Shown: in pieces, positions 10,310-20,206 of the stretch
How positions within the stretch are numbered: the stretch's first letter is position 1
How the letters are laid out: every line of letters begins with the position of its first letter
Origin: Bacteroidota bacterium
GTDB lineage: Bacteria; Bacteroidota; Bacteroidia; B-17B0; Aurantibacillaceae
DNA length: 64,000 nt
Assembly (NCBI GenBank): GCA_048498515.1
Contig: JBEHXV010000020.1
Location: forward strand, 5,474 to 69,473
Direction: 5' to 3'
Program-made: the position numbers and the translations under genes
Notes under the pieces: model-generated
What the model was told of the DNA's origin: nothing
Databases searched by the model: none
Seen by the model: only the letters and a program-made list of their open reading frames with translations

Positions 10310-11271
10310 TAAAACAATTCCCTTTTTTTGAACTTCAGCAAGATCTCTAAAGGAAGACTTGCTTTATTAACTGTAAAATAAGGTACCAGCTCAGGACCAA
10401 AGCTTCTGAAGAATTTTTCAACTCCCTTGAGCATGGAGCCTTCAAAATCAAAAGTAGTACAGTCCAGGGTTTTCGCTTTTTCAATGCTTTTTTGAACCAG
10501 CAGGTTATTAACACCCTGCACTCCCGACTTTTTATTAACGCCTCCCAACAGGTAGTAACAATTATGCGCGTCATACACACAAAACACAACTCCCAGTAAT
10601 TCATCGCCTTTCTTTGCTACCACACTAAAGGAATTACTTTCATCCGAAAACTTCATGAAGATGTTGTTCAATTCCTGCTCATAAATATTAGCATCGGTTG
10701 TGTTCAATGAATCCATAAAGAATTTAAATAACTCTTCCTTGCCAAGCGCGTTCTCAGTAACAACAACATCTTCTTTAATGGCTTTATTGATCGCATTCCG
10801 GTTTTTGGAATCAAAATTGGATTTGATCTCCTCTATTGTTCTTTGCAGATTAATGCGGTAGGTATAGTTTGGAACAACCTTGTATTTGTTCCAGATGAAA
10901 GGTTGAAAATCGATGATACTTGTTGGAAAGGCCAAAACCGTTAAGGCACTTTTTTGAGCGTTAAAGAAATCACACACTTCAGTCATGATCTCTTTGGAGA
11001 AATTATTGGCGGAAGAATTGTTCTTGCTATCCGATGTAAAAAATAAGCCGCAATGAGGTGTGTAAGGCGGTAACTTTAAAAAAGTGAAGCCATATTTTTT
11101 GGTGTTTAAAAAATAAAACCCGCCAATAAGTTGGTGTTCATCTTTATAAATACCAATCAGCGTTAACGCATCTTCATACACCGACAGCCATTTTTTACTG
11201 GCAAACACACCAATAGCGGGTTCCGCTTTTTCACAGAACACATCAAGACTATCTATTTGTTTTAAGATCAC
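10309..11271 (-). CDS. FemAB-like/GNAT (Acetyltransf_6-type) acyl- or aminoacyl-transferase, paralog of the neighbouring gene
   Basis: 'YYLLGGVNKKSGVQGVNNLLVQKSIEKAK.L.C..FDFEGS...GVEKFFRSFG' has the same architecture as 9404-10309. The start/stop overlap indicates translational coupling. Confidence 0.55.
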   Translation of the reverse strand: MILKQIDSLDVFCEKAEPAIGVFASKKWLSVYEDALTLIGIYKDEHQLIGGFYFLNTKKYGFTFLKLPPYTPHCGLFFTSDSKNNSSANNFSKEIMTEVCDFFNAQKSALTVLAFPTSIIDFQPFIWNKYKVVPNYTYRINLQRTIEEIKSNFDSKNRNAINKAIKEDVVVTENALGKEELFKFFMDSLNTTDANIYEQELNNIFMKFSDESNSFSVVAKKGDELLGVVFCVYDAHNCYYLLGGVNKKSGVQGVNNLLVQKSIEKAKTLDCTTFDFEGSMLKGVEKFFRSFGPELVPYFTVNKASLPLEILLKFKKRELF

Positions 11272-12395
11272 GCGTTATATTTTAGAATCCGGTTATAAAC
11301 CCCGATCATTTGTTTCACATTATTGGCCCAATTATATAATTCAACCGCCCGTATTCTTGCCTTACTTACTTTTTCCAATGCCTGCTCCGGGTGATCTATC
11401 ATGTGACACATTGCTTCTACCGCTTCACTCACCGAACCTTTAGCGACAAGGATCCCACATTCGTTATTTCCTCCCAACACTTCGTTAAACCCTGCCACGT
11501 TGCTGGCTATCACACAACTTTTTGATGCCATAGCCTCCACCAGCGATACACCAAAGCTTTCGCTGTCCAAAATGGAAAGGCTTACAAAAATATCTATTTT
11601 TTTATGGTAATCCGCTATCTCGTTGTAAGCGATCCTTCCGGTAAATACAATATGTTGTCTTACTCCCAGGTGCTCAGCCAGGCGTTCAGAATTTTCTTTT
11701 TCGGAGCCCTCGCCTACCATATGCAAAACAATACGTTTGTTGGGATACTTTTTTACAACTTCACTAAAGGCATTGATTAAAATACTGACACCATACTTTG
11801 TTTCCAAAGGTTTAATATTTCCAATAACGATCTCATCCCGGTTCGTAAACGGAAGCTGTTCCTCCGAACGGTTAAAGGTATTCACATCTATGCCAAAAGG
11901 TACCACTTCTATGCTGTTCCGGGTATAATTCAATGCCTCGTCTTTCATGCAAATGCTGGTTGATGTGACCATCGTCGCTTTCCTCAGCACATACTTCAAA
12001 ATACGTTTATAAATGAAGTTTTGTTTCGGAAAGTCAAATACATCCGAACCCCAGACAGAAACAACAAATGGCGTAAAACCCGATAAAGCCGCAATAAGTC
12101 CATAACTGGTGGCGTAATGCGCGTGCAAAATATCAGGGTTAAATGCTTTGATCTTTGTTTTTAAAACAGGCAGGTATTTGAAATAACCCAGCTTTTCATT
12201 GATCCCCGAACCGGAGATCACCTCTGCCGGTTCAAATAAGAGTTCAATATTTGGCACACCGGCATACCATTGATAGGATGCTTTGTTAAAAGAGAACAAT
12301 CCAACCTGAACTCCCGACGCGGCAAGGCTAAGAGCCCATTTTTCAGTATGCTCAGAGTAAGTATCGGATAGTAACAAAACACGCATTAAAGCCAA
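11268..12395 (-). CDS. glycosyltransferase family 4
   Basis: GT-B fold pattern: N-terminal 'MRVLLLSD.YS...' and C-terminal 'SESFGVSLVEAMASKSCVIASNVAGFNEV'. Confidence 0.8.
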   Translation of the reverse strand: MALMRVLLLSDTYSEHTEKWALSLAASGVQVGLFSFNKASYQWYAGVPNIELLFEPAEVISGSGINEKLGYFKYLPVLKTKIKAFNPDILHAHYATSYGLIAALSGFTPFVVSVWGSDVFDFPKQNFIYKRILKYVLRKATMVTSTSICMKDEALNYTRNSIEVVPFGIDVNTFNRSEEQLPFTNRDEIVIGNIKPLETKYGVSILINAFSEVVKKYPNKRIVLHMVGEGSEKENSERLAEHLGVRQHIVFTGRIAYNEIADYHKKIDIFVSLSILDSESFGVSLVEAMASKSCVIASNVAGFNEVLGGNNECGILVAKGSVSEAVEAMCHMIDHPEQALEKVSKARIRAVELYNWANNVKQMIGVYNRILKYNA

Positions 12396-12526
12396 AATTA
12401 AACTATTATGCCAGAGTAACGTAAAAGAGCTGATTTTGTTATAAACATGATGCTATTAAAAAACAACCGCCCTATAACTGGTTCTTTGCCTGATTTCAGT
12501 TACTTTTAAAGAAACAAAGCACCAAA

Positions 12527-13693
12527 TTGCTTAGTATATTTGCAGCGTTGAAAACCCTTAAAATAGCCTATATTACCGAAACCTCACCAGATGATAAACA
12601 CGCCTGGTCGGGAACAGCCCACTATGCTTACGAAGCCTTAAAACAATATGGGCACACGGTTTACGCACTCGGGCCAAAAAAGCCAGGTTTTATTGGTTTT
12701 GCATGCAAAGTTGTCAATCAGCTTTCGTTGGCAATTTTAAAGAAGCGCTTTGATTACAGGCATTCCACTATGTATTCAAAAGCATTCGGAAGGCTTTTTG
12801 GCAAGGAGCTGAAAAAACTGGATTGTGACGTGGTAGTGGTATGCGGAGGTACAGAATATGGTGCTTATCTTGACACACATAAACCTGTATTTTATATTTT
12901 GGATCGTACCATTGAAGGCGCTCTGAATTATCATTCAATTTTAAGTAACCTATTGGAATTCTCTAAGCGTCAAAGCATTGCAACCGATAAACGGGCCATG
13001 CTCCATTCAACAAAAACAGTTTTTTCATCGGAATGGGCCGCTACACATGCTAAAACTTATTACCACTTGCCGGATGCCAAAAGTATGGTATTGCCCTTTG
13101 GCGCTAACCTGGATGCTGTTCCCGACAGAGAAACAGCTCTTACACCCAAAGACACTAAAACCTGGAAATTATTACTGATAGGTACATCATGGAAAAATAA
13201 AGGTGCCGATATTGCCTTTAACACGCTGCTTTATTTGCTGGAACAAAATGTTGACGCACATTTAACCGTTGTTGGTTGCACCCCACCGGAAGAAATAAAA
13301 CACGACCGCCTGACCATTATTCCATTTGTAGATAAAAATTCAGAAAATGGCATTAAGCAATTATGGCAACTGTTTTTAAGTCACCACTTTTTTATTTTAC
13401 CAACGCGGTTTGATTGCACCCCTATTGTGTTTTGCGAAGCCAGTTCCTTTGGCTTGCCAATCCTGTCGAGCGATACAGGTGGTGTACGGGGTCATGTGAA
13501 AGAAGGGATAAACGGTTTCCTGATCCCGTATGAAGACAAGGGTAAATTGTATGCGGAAAAGATCATGGAAATTATCAATTCAGCGACTTACCCTGATCTG
13601 TGTAAAACAACAAGGTTATGCTACGAAGAACAATTAAATTGGGAAAGCTGGGCTAAACGATTTACTCAAGAAGTTATTACCTCTATTTCCTAA
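12527..13693 (+). CDS. glycosyltransferase (GT-B, family 4-like); start codon uncertain
   Basis: C-terminal 'FDCTPIVFCEASSFGLPILSSDTGGV...V.EG.NGFL'. This is the only plus-strand gene in the locus. The track start is TTG, and an alternative in-frame TTG lies at 12548. Confidence 0.7.
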   Translation: MLSIFAALKTLKIAYITETSPDDKHAWSGTAHYAYEALKQYGHTVYALGPKKPGFIGFACKVVNQLSLAILKKRFDYRHSTMYSKAFGRLFGKELKKLDCDVVVVCGGTEYGAYLDTHKPVFYILDRTIEGALNYHSILSNLLEFSKRQSIATDKRAMLHSTKTVFSSEWAATHAKTYYHLPDAKSMVLPFGANLDAVPDRETALTPKDTKTWKLLLIGTSWKNKGADIAFNTLLYLLEQNVDAHLTVVGCTPPEEIKHDRLTIIPFVDKNSENGIKQLWQLFLSHHFFILPTRFDCTPIVFCEASSFGLPILSSDTGGVRGHVKEGINGFLIPYEDKGKLYAEKIMEIINSATYPDLCKTTRLCYEEQLNWESWAKRFTQEVITSIS

Positions 13694-14708
13694 ATTGCCT
13701 TACGATACATTTTGCCAGTAATTTTAGTGCAGAGCCTTTGTAAAGGATTTTAAGATGCGATTTGAAATAAGCTGAAAAAGCCTTTAAACCAAGGTTTGTA
13801 TTCCCGCAACTGTCGAACCATTGCTTGCCAACAATCTTTTCAAAGACTGGCTCAGCAATTAATTTCAAATGCCTGTTTTGGCTAAGAAGGCTATTCAACC
13901 ATTTTTCGGCCTGTTGCAACTCCTCAACAGATCGTAGTAATTGAGAACTACCCATGGCATTATGAATATAAAGCTCAGGTTCTGAAAACGAAAAGCCGGC
14001 CCTTGACAGGATATTTTTACGGATGTGGTTGGCAGATATGATCTGTTCATGACGATGAACTTTTGTCACCTGCCCACTGTGTTCTCTATATTTAAAGAGT
14101 GTTTCATTCACCGCTCCAAAACGACATGTAAATAATAAACGGCTCCATAGGTCATAATCCTCGGCATGTTTAAATTCGGCATTAAAAACAGGAACTTGTT
14201 CTTTTAAAACGCTTGTTCTTATCATTAAGGAAGGATGTGCTACCGAGGCATTGAACAGCATCCAGCCCAGTATTTCATCCTGGGTTTTAAACGCCTCTGA
14301 ATAAGTTTCTCCTTTTTCTGAAAATTCAATGTAATTGCAGCCACAAACACCAAGCCCGGGATCAGCTTCTAAAAAGGCAACTTGTTTTTCAAAACGTTTT
14401 GGCAGGCTTAGATCATCCGCATCCATGCGGGCCACATATTTTCCGTTTGCTACTTCAATGCCTTTATTCAACGAATAGATCAAGCCTTTATTCCCGCCAT
14501 TATCAATCAGTTTTATTCTTGAGTCGTCGTAGGAACTAATAATGGGTAGACTCTCATCCTTAGAACCATCATTAATGATAATAAATTCGAAATGTGCATA
14601 CGACTGGCTTAAAATACTATCCATAGCCTGCTTCAAATAGGCTGCGCCATTGTACACCGACATGACAACAGAAACCAAAGGCAATGATGTATTTACAGTC
14701 GTATCCAT
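13683..14708 (-). CDS. glycosyltransferase family 2
   Basis: 'VSVVMSVYNGA.YL..A.DSIL.Q....FEFIIINDGS.D' and 'ARMDADD' are the classic GT-A/GT2 N-terminal domain. Confidence 0.85.
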   Translation of the reverse strand: MDTTVNTSLPLVSVVMSVYNGAAYLKQAMDSILSQSYAHFEFIIINDGSKDESLPIISSYDDSRIKLIDNGGNKGLIYSLNKGIEVANGKYVARMDADDLSLPKRFEKQVAFLEADPGLGVCGCNYIEFSEKGETYSEAFKTQDEILGWMLFNASVAHPSLMIRTSVLKEQVPVFNAEFKHAEDYDLWSRLLFTCRFGAVNETLFKYREHSGQVTKVHRHEQIISANHIRKNILSRAGFSFSEPELYIHNAMGSSQLLRSVEELQQAEKWLNSLLSQNRHLKLIAEPVFEKIVGKQWFDSCGNTNLGLKAFSAYFKSHLKILYKGSALKLLAKCIVRQFRK

Positions 14709-15577
14709 TCTTTCGGGATCAGGTCGTAGGTTTTAATAGTTGTATCGTTGAACCATTTCAATGGCGCGATCACTATTTTTTCGTTATTACGGTTAAGCCA
14801 GGCCGCCCACCAGCTAAAGCTGCTATTGGCAATAACATTATGCCTGCAATGGCTCATTAAAAACATATCCAGGTGTAAGTTCTCTTTTTGGTTTGCATCA
14901 ACAAAATGAAGCGTTTCCTGCATTTTCAAATTGGCTTTACACCATTCCAGGTCATCGGAAAACACAAAGATCTCAACTTTTTTATGCTTCTCTTTTATAT
15001 ATTCCAATGCTTTTTTATAATAGTCCGGGCTGCAAGAACCGTGGTGCGATTGCGCGCTGGCGTTGGAAATATAATCTCCCCGTCTTATATGCATTGAAAC
15101 AGACTCGCAGCTTTCAATTTTCTTTAACCATTCCTTATTATCCTTGTTCAAAGGATCCTTCAACACAAAATCGTTGACAAGAACAGACTCTATAGGCTTA
15201 AAATACAATTCGCTTTGCCAAAAGCCATCCAGATAAGTATTAGCCGGATAACTTAAAAACTCCCGGTGGTAAGTCGTTCCGCTTTCGGCAACATAAAGGT
15301 TTTTAAATAAAATAGGCAGCTTACGCTGAAACATCCTCAAAAACTTATTAGCGTTTTTTATCTTAAACCGTTCAACATCTGCTAGTGTCGCAATTTTAAG
15401 ATCAATATGAAAGACATCCAGTTCCAGTTTACGCTTGGTATAATTACCGGCCGGGTCTTTTTCAAGATATGACGTATCCATCAACAGTTCGGTTTTATGC
15501 AACCAGGCAAGGTATCTCCCTGCAGCATATTGAAACATCTGGTTCCCCAGTCCGCCTATTAATTTTACAACGATCAT
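14693..15577 (-). CDS. alpha-1,2-fucosyltransferase (GT11)
   Basis: 'GGLGNQMFQYA' N-terminus, the 'HIRRGDY' motif, and the C-terminal 'SNSSFSWWAAWL' motif of GT11 enzymes. Confidence 0.85.
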   Translation of the reverse strand: MIVVKLIGGLGNQMFQYAAGRYLAWLHKTELLMDTSYLEKDPAGNYTKRKLELDVFHIDLKIATLADVERFKIKNANKFLRMFQRKLPILFKNLYVAESGTTYHREFLSYPANTYLDGFWQSELYFKPIESVLVNDFVLKDPLNKDNKEWLKKIESCESVSMHIRRGDYISNASAQSHHGSCSPDYYKKALEYIKEKHKKVEIFVFSDDLEWCKANLKMQETLHFVDANQKENLHLDMFLMSHCRHNVIANSSFSWWAAWLNRNNEKIVIAPLKWFNDTTIKTYDLIPKEWIRL

Positions 15578-16518
15578 AAAAACTGCTCCAGTTTAAAGAT
15601 ATAATTATTGTAACGGCTTTCAAAAAACCGTTTTTTGAAGGTTTTAAGACTGCGGCTTTTAGGCAACTGATTGATGACCTGCGTAAAGAATTCCGCATTT
15701 TGTTTCGCGGCAGGAACTATGGCTAACAACTCATCAAAGGTTAAAATGCCGTATTTAAAGAACAGATAATCGAAAAAAGAATTGAATTTTTTACCTGGAA
15801 CAATTTTAGACCGGATTTTATTGAATAACAAAACATGTTCCCTGATCTGGATCTCTTTATTATGTTCCACGCTTCCCGTTACCTGCCCTTCAATTTCGTG
15901 TGAGGTAGACACCAGGGCTTGATTTATAAAAGCAATATGCCGGTTATGGTAGAGCTGTTCAATATAAAGATCAACATCTACCAGCCACTTAAATACCGGG
16001 TCGTATAATACCGATTTATCATTTACATATAAGGTAACGGATGGGGCGCCAATGACGTTTTTAAAAAATAAGAATTCCGGTTTTTGTTTAATAATAGCCA
16101 ATTGTTTTTGAGTAATGGTATGAACGCGATGCTCATTGGTTTTAGGATACCATACATCTGTCTGACAGAATAAAAAAGAAGCCTGCCGCCTTTCAATTTC
16201 TTCTACCATTAACCTCAAACTGTAAGTTTCAGTAAAAAAATCATCATGATGCATGATCTTAAGATACTTGCCGGTTGACCTGGCAATAGCCGAGTTCCAG
16301 TTTTGCGGGTTCCCCAATGCAGGCTGGTTTCGCTGGTAGGCATATGCCCGGTCTTTTAAAATACCCTTTATAAATAATTCCAGTGAATCATCCGGCGTAT
16401 CATCAGAAATGATCAATTCAAAATCCGTAAAATCCTGTTTCAAAATCGAAGCCAGGCATTTTTCGAGATAAGTTTTTTGCTTATACACAGGAACGCATAT
16501 GGATACCAGTGGTTTCAT
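15574..16518 (-). CDS. glycosyltransferase family 2
   Basis: 'VSICVPVYKQ..YL..CL.SIL.Q.F.DFELIISDD.P.D', a GT2 N-terminal domain. Confidence 0.8.
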   Translation of the reverse strand: MKPLVSICVPVYKQKTYLEKCLASILKQDFTDFELIISDDTPDDSLELFIKGILKDRAYAYQRNQPALGNPQNWNSAIARSTGKYLKIMHHDDFFTETYSLRLMVEEIERRQASFLFCQTDVWYPKTNEHRVHTITQKQLAIIKQKPEFLFFKNVIGAPSVTLYVNDKSVLYDPVFKWLVDVDLYIEQLYHNRHIAFINQALVSTSHEIEGQVTGSVEHNKEIQIREHVLLFNKIRSKIVPGKKFNSFFDYLFFKYGILTFDELLAIVPAAKQNAEFFTQVINQLPKSRSLKTFKKRFFESRYNNYIFKLEQFL

Positions 16519-17297
16519 TTAACGCTGTATACAGAGGTGTCTTTTTTAATGGATTTTTTATAGAACAGTTCTTCTTCGGGCAGGTTTGCCGAATCGAAGT
16601 ACCAGGTGAGATGTTGCGCCGCCAGTTTGCCTCCCACCCTTATGGCTTCGCATTCTTCGGCATTGCCAAATGCCAAGGGCCTGTATAAGGCCAGGGTGGT
16701 ATCAACCGGGGCGTCGTATACGTCCTTTTCCAATTGTTTTTCCCAAAAGATCTTTTCGTTATTAATTGCTTCCTGTTTATGTGAATAATGATCGGGCAGA
16801 TCATCTATCTTTAAAGCCACGCCGGCCTTTTCCTTAGCGGGATATTTTATCAAACAGGAATACAACTTATAGACAAAATCCTTCGGACAATCGGGCTGCA
16901 ATAAAATGTCAGGGTCGGAATACACGTAATAGTTACTCTTAAATTGCTCAAATACATTGCTTTCCCAAAGCGCTTTATAGCCAATATTTTCTTTCAGAAA
17001 AATAACGGTTGCGGGAATGGTTTTATAATATTCCAATAAAGGCGGATAAGCGCTGTCGTTATCCAGCACATAAATATGCTTGTACCCAAATGCCTGCAAC
17101 TGATCGACCATCATTTTTAAAAACGTATAACGGTTGCGGTTATTAATGATAATGGGAATTTCAAAACAATTATCAGAGGTAATAACCTGCTTAGGCAATA
17201 AAAGGCGTTTCAACTGCCTGCTTTGTTTTGCCAATGACGCTTTGGTTTGCTTTTTAACAGCAAATAAAAACTCTTTTATTGCGTTGTCCTTTGCCAT
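16515..17297 (-). CDS. GT-A-like glycosyltransferase (uncharacterised subfamily)
   Basis: 'PIIINNRNR...L..MV..L......IYVLDNDS.YPPLLEYY' resembles the nucleotide-binding half of a GT-A fold. There is a 4-nt overlap with both neighbours. Confidence 0.5.
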   Translation of the reverse strand: MAKDNAIKEFLFAVKKQTKASLAKQSRQLKRLLLPKQVITSDNCFEIPIIINNRNRYTFLKMMVDQLQAFGYKHIYVLDNDSAYPPLLEYYKTIPATVIFLKENIGYKALWESNVFEQFKSNYYVYSDPDILLQPDCPKDFVYKLYSCLIKYPAKEKAGVALKIDDLPDHYSHKQEAINNEKIFWEKQLEKDVYDAPVDTTLALYRPLAFGNAEECEAIRVGGKLAAQHLTWYFDSANLPEEELFYKKSIKKDTSVYSVK

Positions 17298-18067
17298 TAA
17301 AAGTTTTGTTTCCCTCTTAATTTCTGCAAGGAGTTTATGAGTGAAGCATATTTACTTCTTGAAAAAGCATTTTGTTTCTTCAGGCTTTCGTAGGTCATTT
17401 CAGAAACATTTAGCTTCCAGGCCTTTTCGCGTTCCTGCAATTGCAGTTCGTCTTTAGTAGCGTCGTTACTGATCCCGTTACCATCGAACAGTGTAATGAA
17501 CTCCGGAATATGCTCCGTTGTGATCCCCGGTTTTAAAAGGCAGCGGATAAAAAATTCATAATCGCCGGCAATTTTAAAATCGGTATTATACAAACCATAA
17601 TTCCTAAACAGTTCTGCTTTTATAAATACGCAGGGGTGCCAAAACGTGCTATTCAACATAAAATCAGTATCAATCTCATTGGGAGCCAAATGTTTTTCCT
17701 GGCGGTTGTTTTTTTCCAAAACCAGGTCGCCATAATAAATTGATTTATCGCTACCCAAAAAATGACTGACTTTTTCCAGAACGATCCGGTTAACCAAGGC
17801 ATCCCCACTGTTTAAAAACAACAAATAGTTGCCGGTGGCTTTTTCAATTCCTTTGTTCTGAGCATCATAAATGCCTTTGTCTTTTTCGCTAAGCCAATGG
17901 TTGATTCGTTGGTTTTGCTTAATGACCTCAACGCTAGTGTCTGTTGAGTTCCCATCAATCACAATAAACTCAAAGTCCTGAAAAGTTTGATCAACAACGC
18001 TCTTAATGGTTTTTTGTAAGCCATTGGCATTGTTATAGTTTATTGTTATGACGGATATTAAGGGCAT
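17297..18067 (-). CDS. glycosyltransferase family 2
   Basis: 'ISVITINYNNA..L..T..SV..Q.F.DFEFIVIDG.STD' and 'FLNSGD'. Confidence 0.85.
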   Translation of the reverse strand: MPLISVITINYNNANGLQKTIKSVVDQTFQDFEFIVIDGNSTDTSVEVIKQNQRINHWLSEKDKGIYDAQNKGIEKATGNYLLFLNSGDALVNRIVLEKVSHFLGSDKSIYYGDLVLEKNNRQEKHLAPNEIDTDFMLNSTFWHPCVFIKAELFRNYGLYNTDFKIAGDYEFFIRCLLKPGITTEHIPEFITLFDGNGISNDATKDELQLQEREKAWKLNVSEMTYESLKKQNAFSRSKYASLINSLQKLRGKQNF

Positions 18068-18068
18068 G

Positions 18069-19154
18069 TTAAAACGCGTTCATTACCTCAACCACTTTTG
18101 CTACCGCATCTTTTGTGTGGAAATATGAGATTGGCAGGCTCAAAGTGGTTTGGTGAATTTCTTCGGCAATTGGTGTAGCTTGTTGGTCGAGGATCCCCTT
18201 CATGGCTTTTTGCTTATTTGGAGCAACAGGGTAATGAATTTCCGTTTTAATATCATGTTTGGTCAAATGATCCCTTAAGGCATCGCGTTTAGGGTGACGT
18301 ATGTTGAAAATATGATACACATCATAATAATCGGCATGCACCTGTGGTTTAATGAAATCCGATTTGAGGCCTTTTAAATACACGTCGGCCAGTTCACGCT
18401 TGTGAAGAGTGATCTGTTCCATATATTTTAACTTTACCAGCATTAAGGCTGCCTGCAGTTCATCAAGGCGTGAATTAACGCCCACCACTTCGTTATAGTA
18501 TTTCACTTCGGAACCGTAATTTCTAAGGACCTTTATTTTACCGGCCAGTGTTTCATCATTGGTAGTAACAGCTCCCGCGTCGCCTAAAGCGCCCAGGTTT
18601 TTGGTAGGATAAAAGCTATGTGCCGCGTAATCACCAAAACTACCCGATAATTTTCCTTTGTATTTTGCGCCATGCGATTGCGCGCAGTCTTCAATTACTT
18701 TTAAATTATGTTTTTTAGCAATCGCCAGGATCGGATCCATCTCACAAACCTTACCATACAAATGAACGACCATAATAGCCTTTGTTTTTGGCGTAATAGC
18801 CTGTTCCAGCAACTTTGGATCGATGTTGTAGGTAGTCATATCCGGTTCAACCAAAATTGGCTGCAAGCCATTATCTACAATGGATAAAATAGTAGCGATA
18901 TAGGTATTGGAAGGCACCAACACTTCGCTGCCTTTTTCAAATCCAAAGGTGCGTAGCGACAGGTTCAGGGCATCAAGGCCATTAGCCACGCCAATACAGT
19001 GAGGGGTGTGGCAATAAGCGGCAAACTGCTTTTCAAATTCTTTTACTTTGTTTCCCAAAATATACCAGCCGCTCTCCAGTACTTCGTTAAAAGCCGTACG
19101 GTATTCATCAAATAAAGTATTATTCAGTTTATTAAGGTTCTCGTATTCAATCAT
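18069..19154 (-). CDS. DegT/DnrJ/EryC1/StrS family sugar aminotransferase (WecE/FdtB-like)
   Basis: 'W.ILG..V..FE..FA.YC....C.GV.NGLDAL' and the PLP-lysine context '[16 protein letters not shown]'. Confidence 0.9.
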   Translation of the reverse strand: MIEYENLNKLNNTLFDEYRTAFNEVLESGWYILGNKVKEFEKQFAAYCHTPHCIGVANGLDALNLSLRTFGFEKGSEVLVPSNTYIATILSIVDNGLQPILVEPDMTTYNIDPKLLEQAITPKTKAIMVVHLYGKVCEMDPILAIAKKHNLKVIEDCAQSHGAKYKGKLSGSFGDYAAHSFYPTKNLGALGDAGAVTTNDETLAGKIKVLRNYGSEVKYYNEVVGVNSRLDELQAALMLVKLKYMEQITLHKRELADVYLKGLKSDFIKPQVHADYYDVYHIFNIRHPKRDALRDHLTKHDIKTEIHYPVAPNKQKAMKGILDQQATPIAEEIHQTTLSLPISYFHTKDAVAKVVEVMNAF

Positions 19155-19163
19155 AAAACAAGT

Positions 19164-20204
19164 TTAAAATTTAATATAATGATGGTGTTTTTTTCGGTTC
19201 AATGTTTTTTGGCCATTTATGTTTTTAATGTCCTGACGGATATCATAAAGATACCATCTTAGCAAAGATAAAAAATTAAAAGGTTTTTGGGGCGAATTAT
19301 CATGGGCGCCATTTGAGTTAAAGGCGTTTCCTGTATGTTGATGTATTTTGTAGGAGGCCCTGAATAATTCATTGACATAAGGCAGGTAAAATAACTCGAG
19401 GGCCGATGGGTTCATTTCGTAAGCCTCGCCGGTAAGCGATACGATGTTGTCTTTAAAGATCTTCAAACCATGAAAATGGAAAAATACCGCTGTAAACTCC
19501 TTACCTGTAGCGTTCTCTTTCCCAATAATACTGCCGTTTTCTTTCCTGAAATTATATTGCTGCATATTCCATGGCGCTAAACCTCCGCCCAGATGCTGCA
19601 ATACATGTACATTGTTAAAGCGTGTTGGCCAGTCGTCGAGGTATTTCTGATCGCCAAATTTACCATCCTCTGCCCTGGCATAACACCAGGTGATACAGGA
19701 TTCACGCCAGTAATTCAGAGCCTCCATGCCATCTTTATCATTTTTAAAGCCAACAAATTGCACACAGTAAATTCCACTCATAAGGCTTTGATCGTATTCG
19801 GGTGTGTAACGGTGTTCTGTAATTAGTACCGACCTGCTCCCCCACTCATCAAACAGCGATTGGGGATTTGAATAAAAGCGCATATCGGCATCCACATACA
19901 CACAATGGTCGAGGTTAAAGGTGTTAATACTATATAAAACGGTAGAGGCTGTGCAGGTCCAGCAATACTCGCCCGCCGAACGGGTATTTTTTATAGCCAG
20001 CAATTTTGGGTCTTCGAACTGAGCCAATGAAATGGCCGTTAAATTCTTTTGTGGGAATTTCTGAAAATAATCATAGGTAAGGTCATCGAAAGCAACGACA
20101 TACAAATGAAAATCAGGGCAGTGTTTTTGCAACGACTCATACATCACCAGTCCGCGCGACAGGTAATTGGAGTTGAAAAGAGTTACAAAATTCAATGTTT
20201 TCAT
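19164..20204 (-). CDS. hypothetical protein, possible GT8-like nucleotide-diphospho-sugar transferase
   Basis: 'FVTLFNSNYL.RGLVMY.SL..H...F.LYV.AFDD' and a later 'DAD' resemble GT8-type GT-A proteins. The assignment is weak. Confidence 0.4.
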   Translation of the reverse strand: MKTLNFVTLFNSNYLSRGLVMYESLQKHCPDFHLYVVAFDDLTYDYFQKFPQKNLTAISLAQFEDPKLLAIKNTRSAGEYCWTCTASTVLYSINTFNLDHCVYVDADMRFYSNPQSLFDEWGSRSVLITEHRYTPEYDQSLMSGIYCVQFVGFKNDKDGMEALNYWRESCITWCYARAEDGKFGDQKYLDDWPTRFNNVHVLQHLGGGLAPWNMQQYNFRKENGSIIGKENATGKEFTAVFFHFHGLKIFKDNIVSLTGEAYEMNPSALELFYLPYVNELFRASYKIHQHTGNAFNSNGAHDNSPQKPFNFLSLLRWYLYDIRQDIKNINGQKTLNRKKHHHYIKF

Positions 20205-20206
20205 AT

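Noticed and set aside
12534-12550. A TAnnTTTG box is followed within about 7 nt by a TTG start, here and at 26677-26692, which would suggest leaderless TTG-initiated mRNAs.
   Set aside because: There are only two instances, leaderless translation normally needs AUG, and both boxes can be explained as chance matches in AT-rich sequence. They are kept only as notes on start-codon ambiguity.
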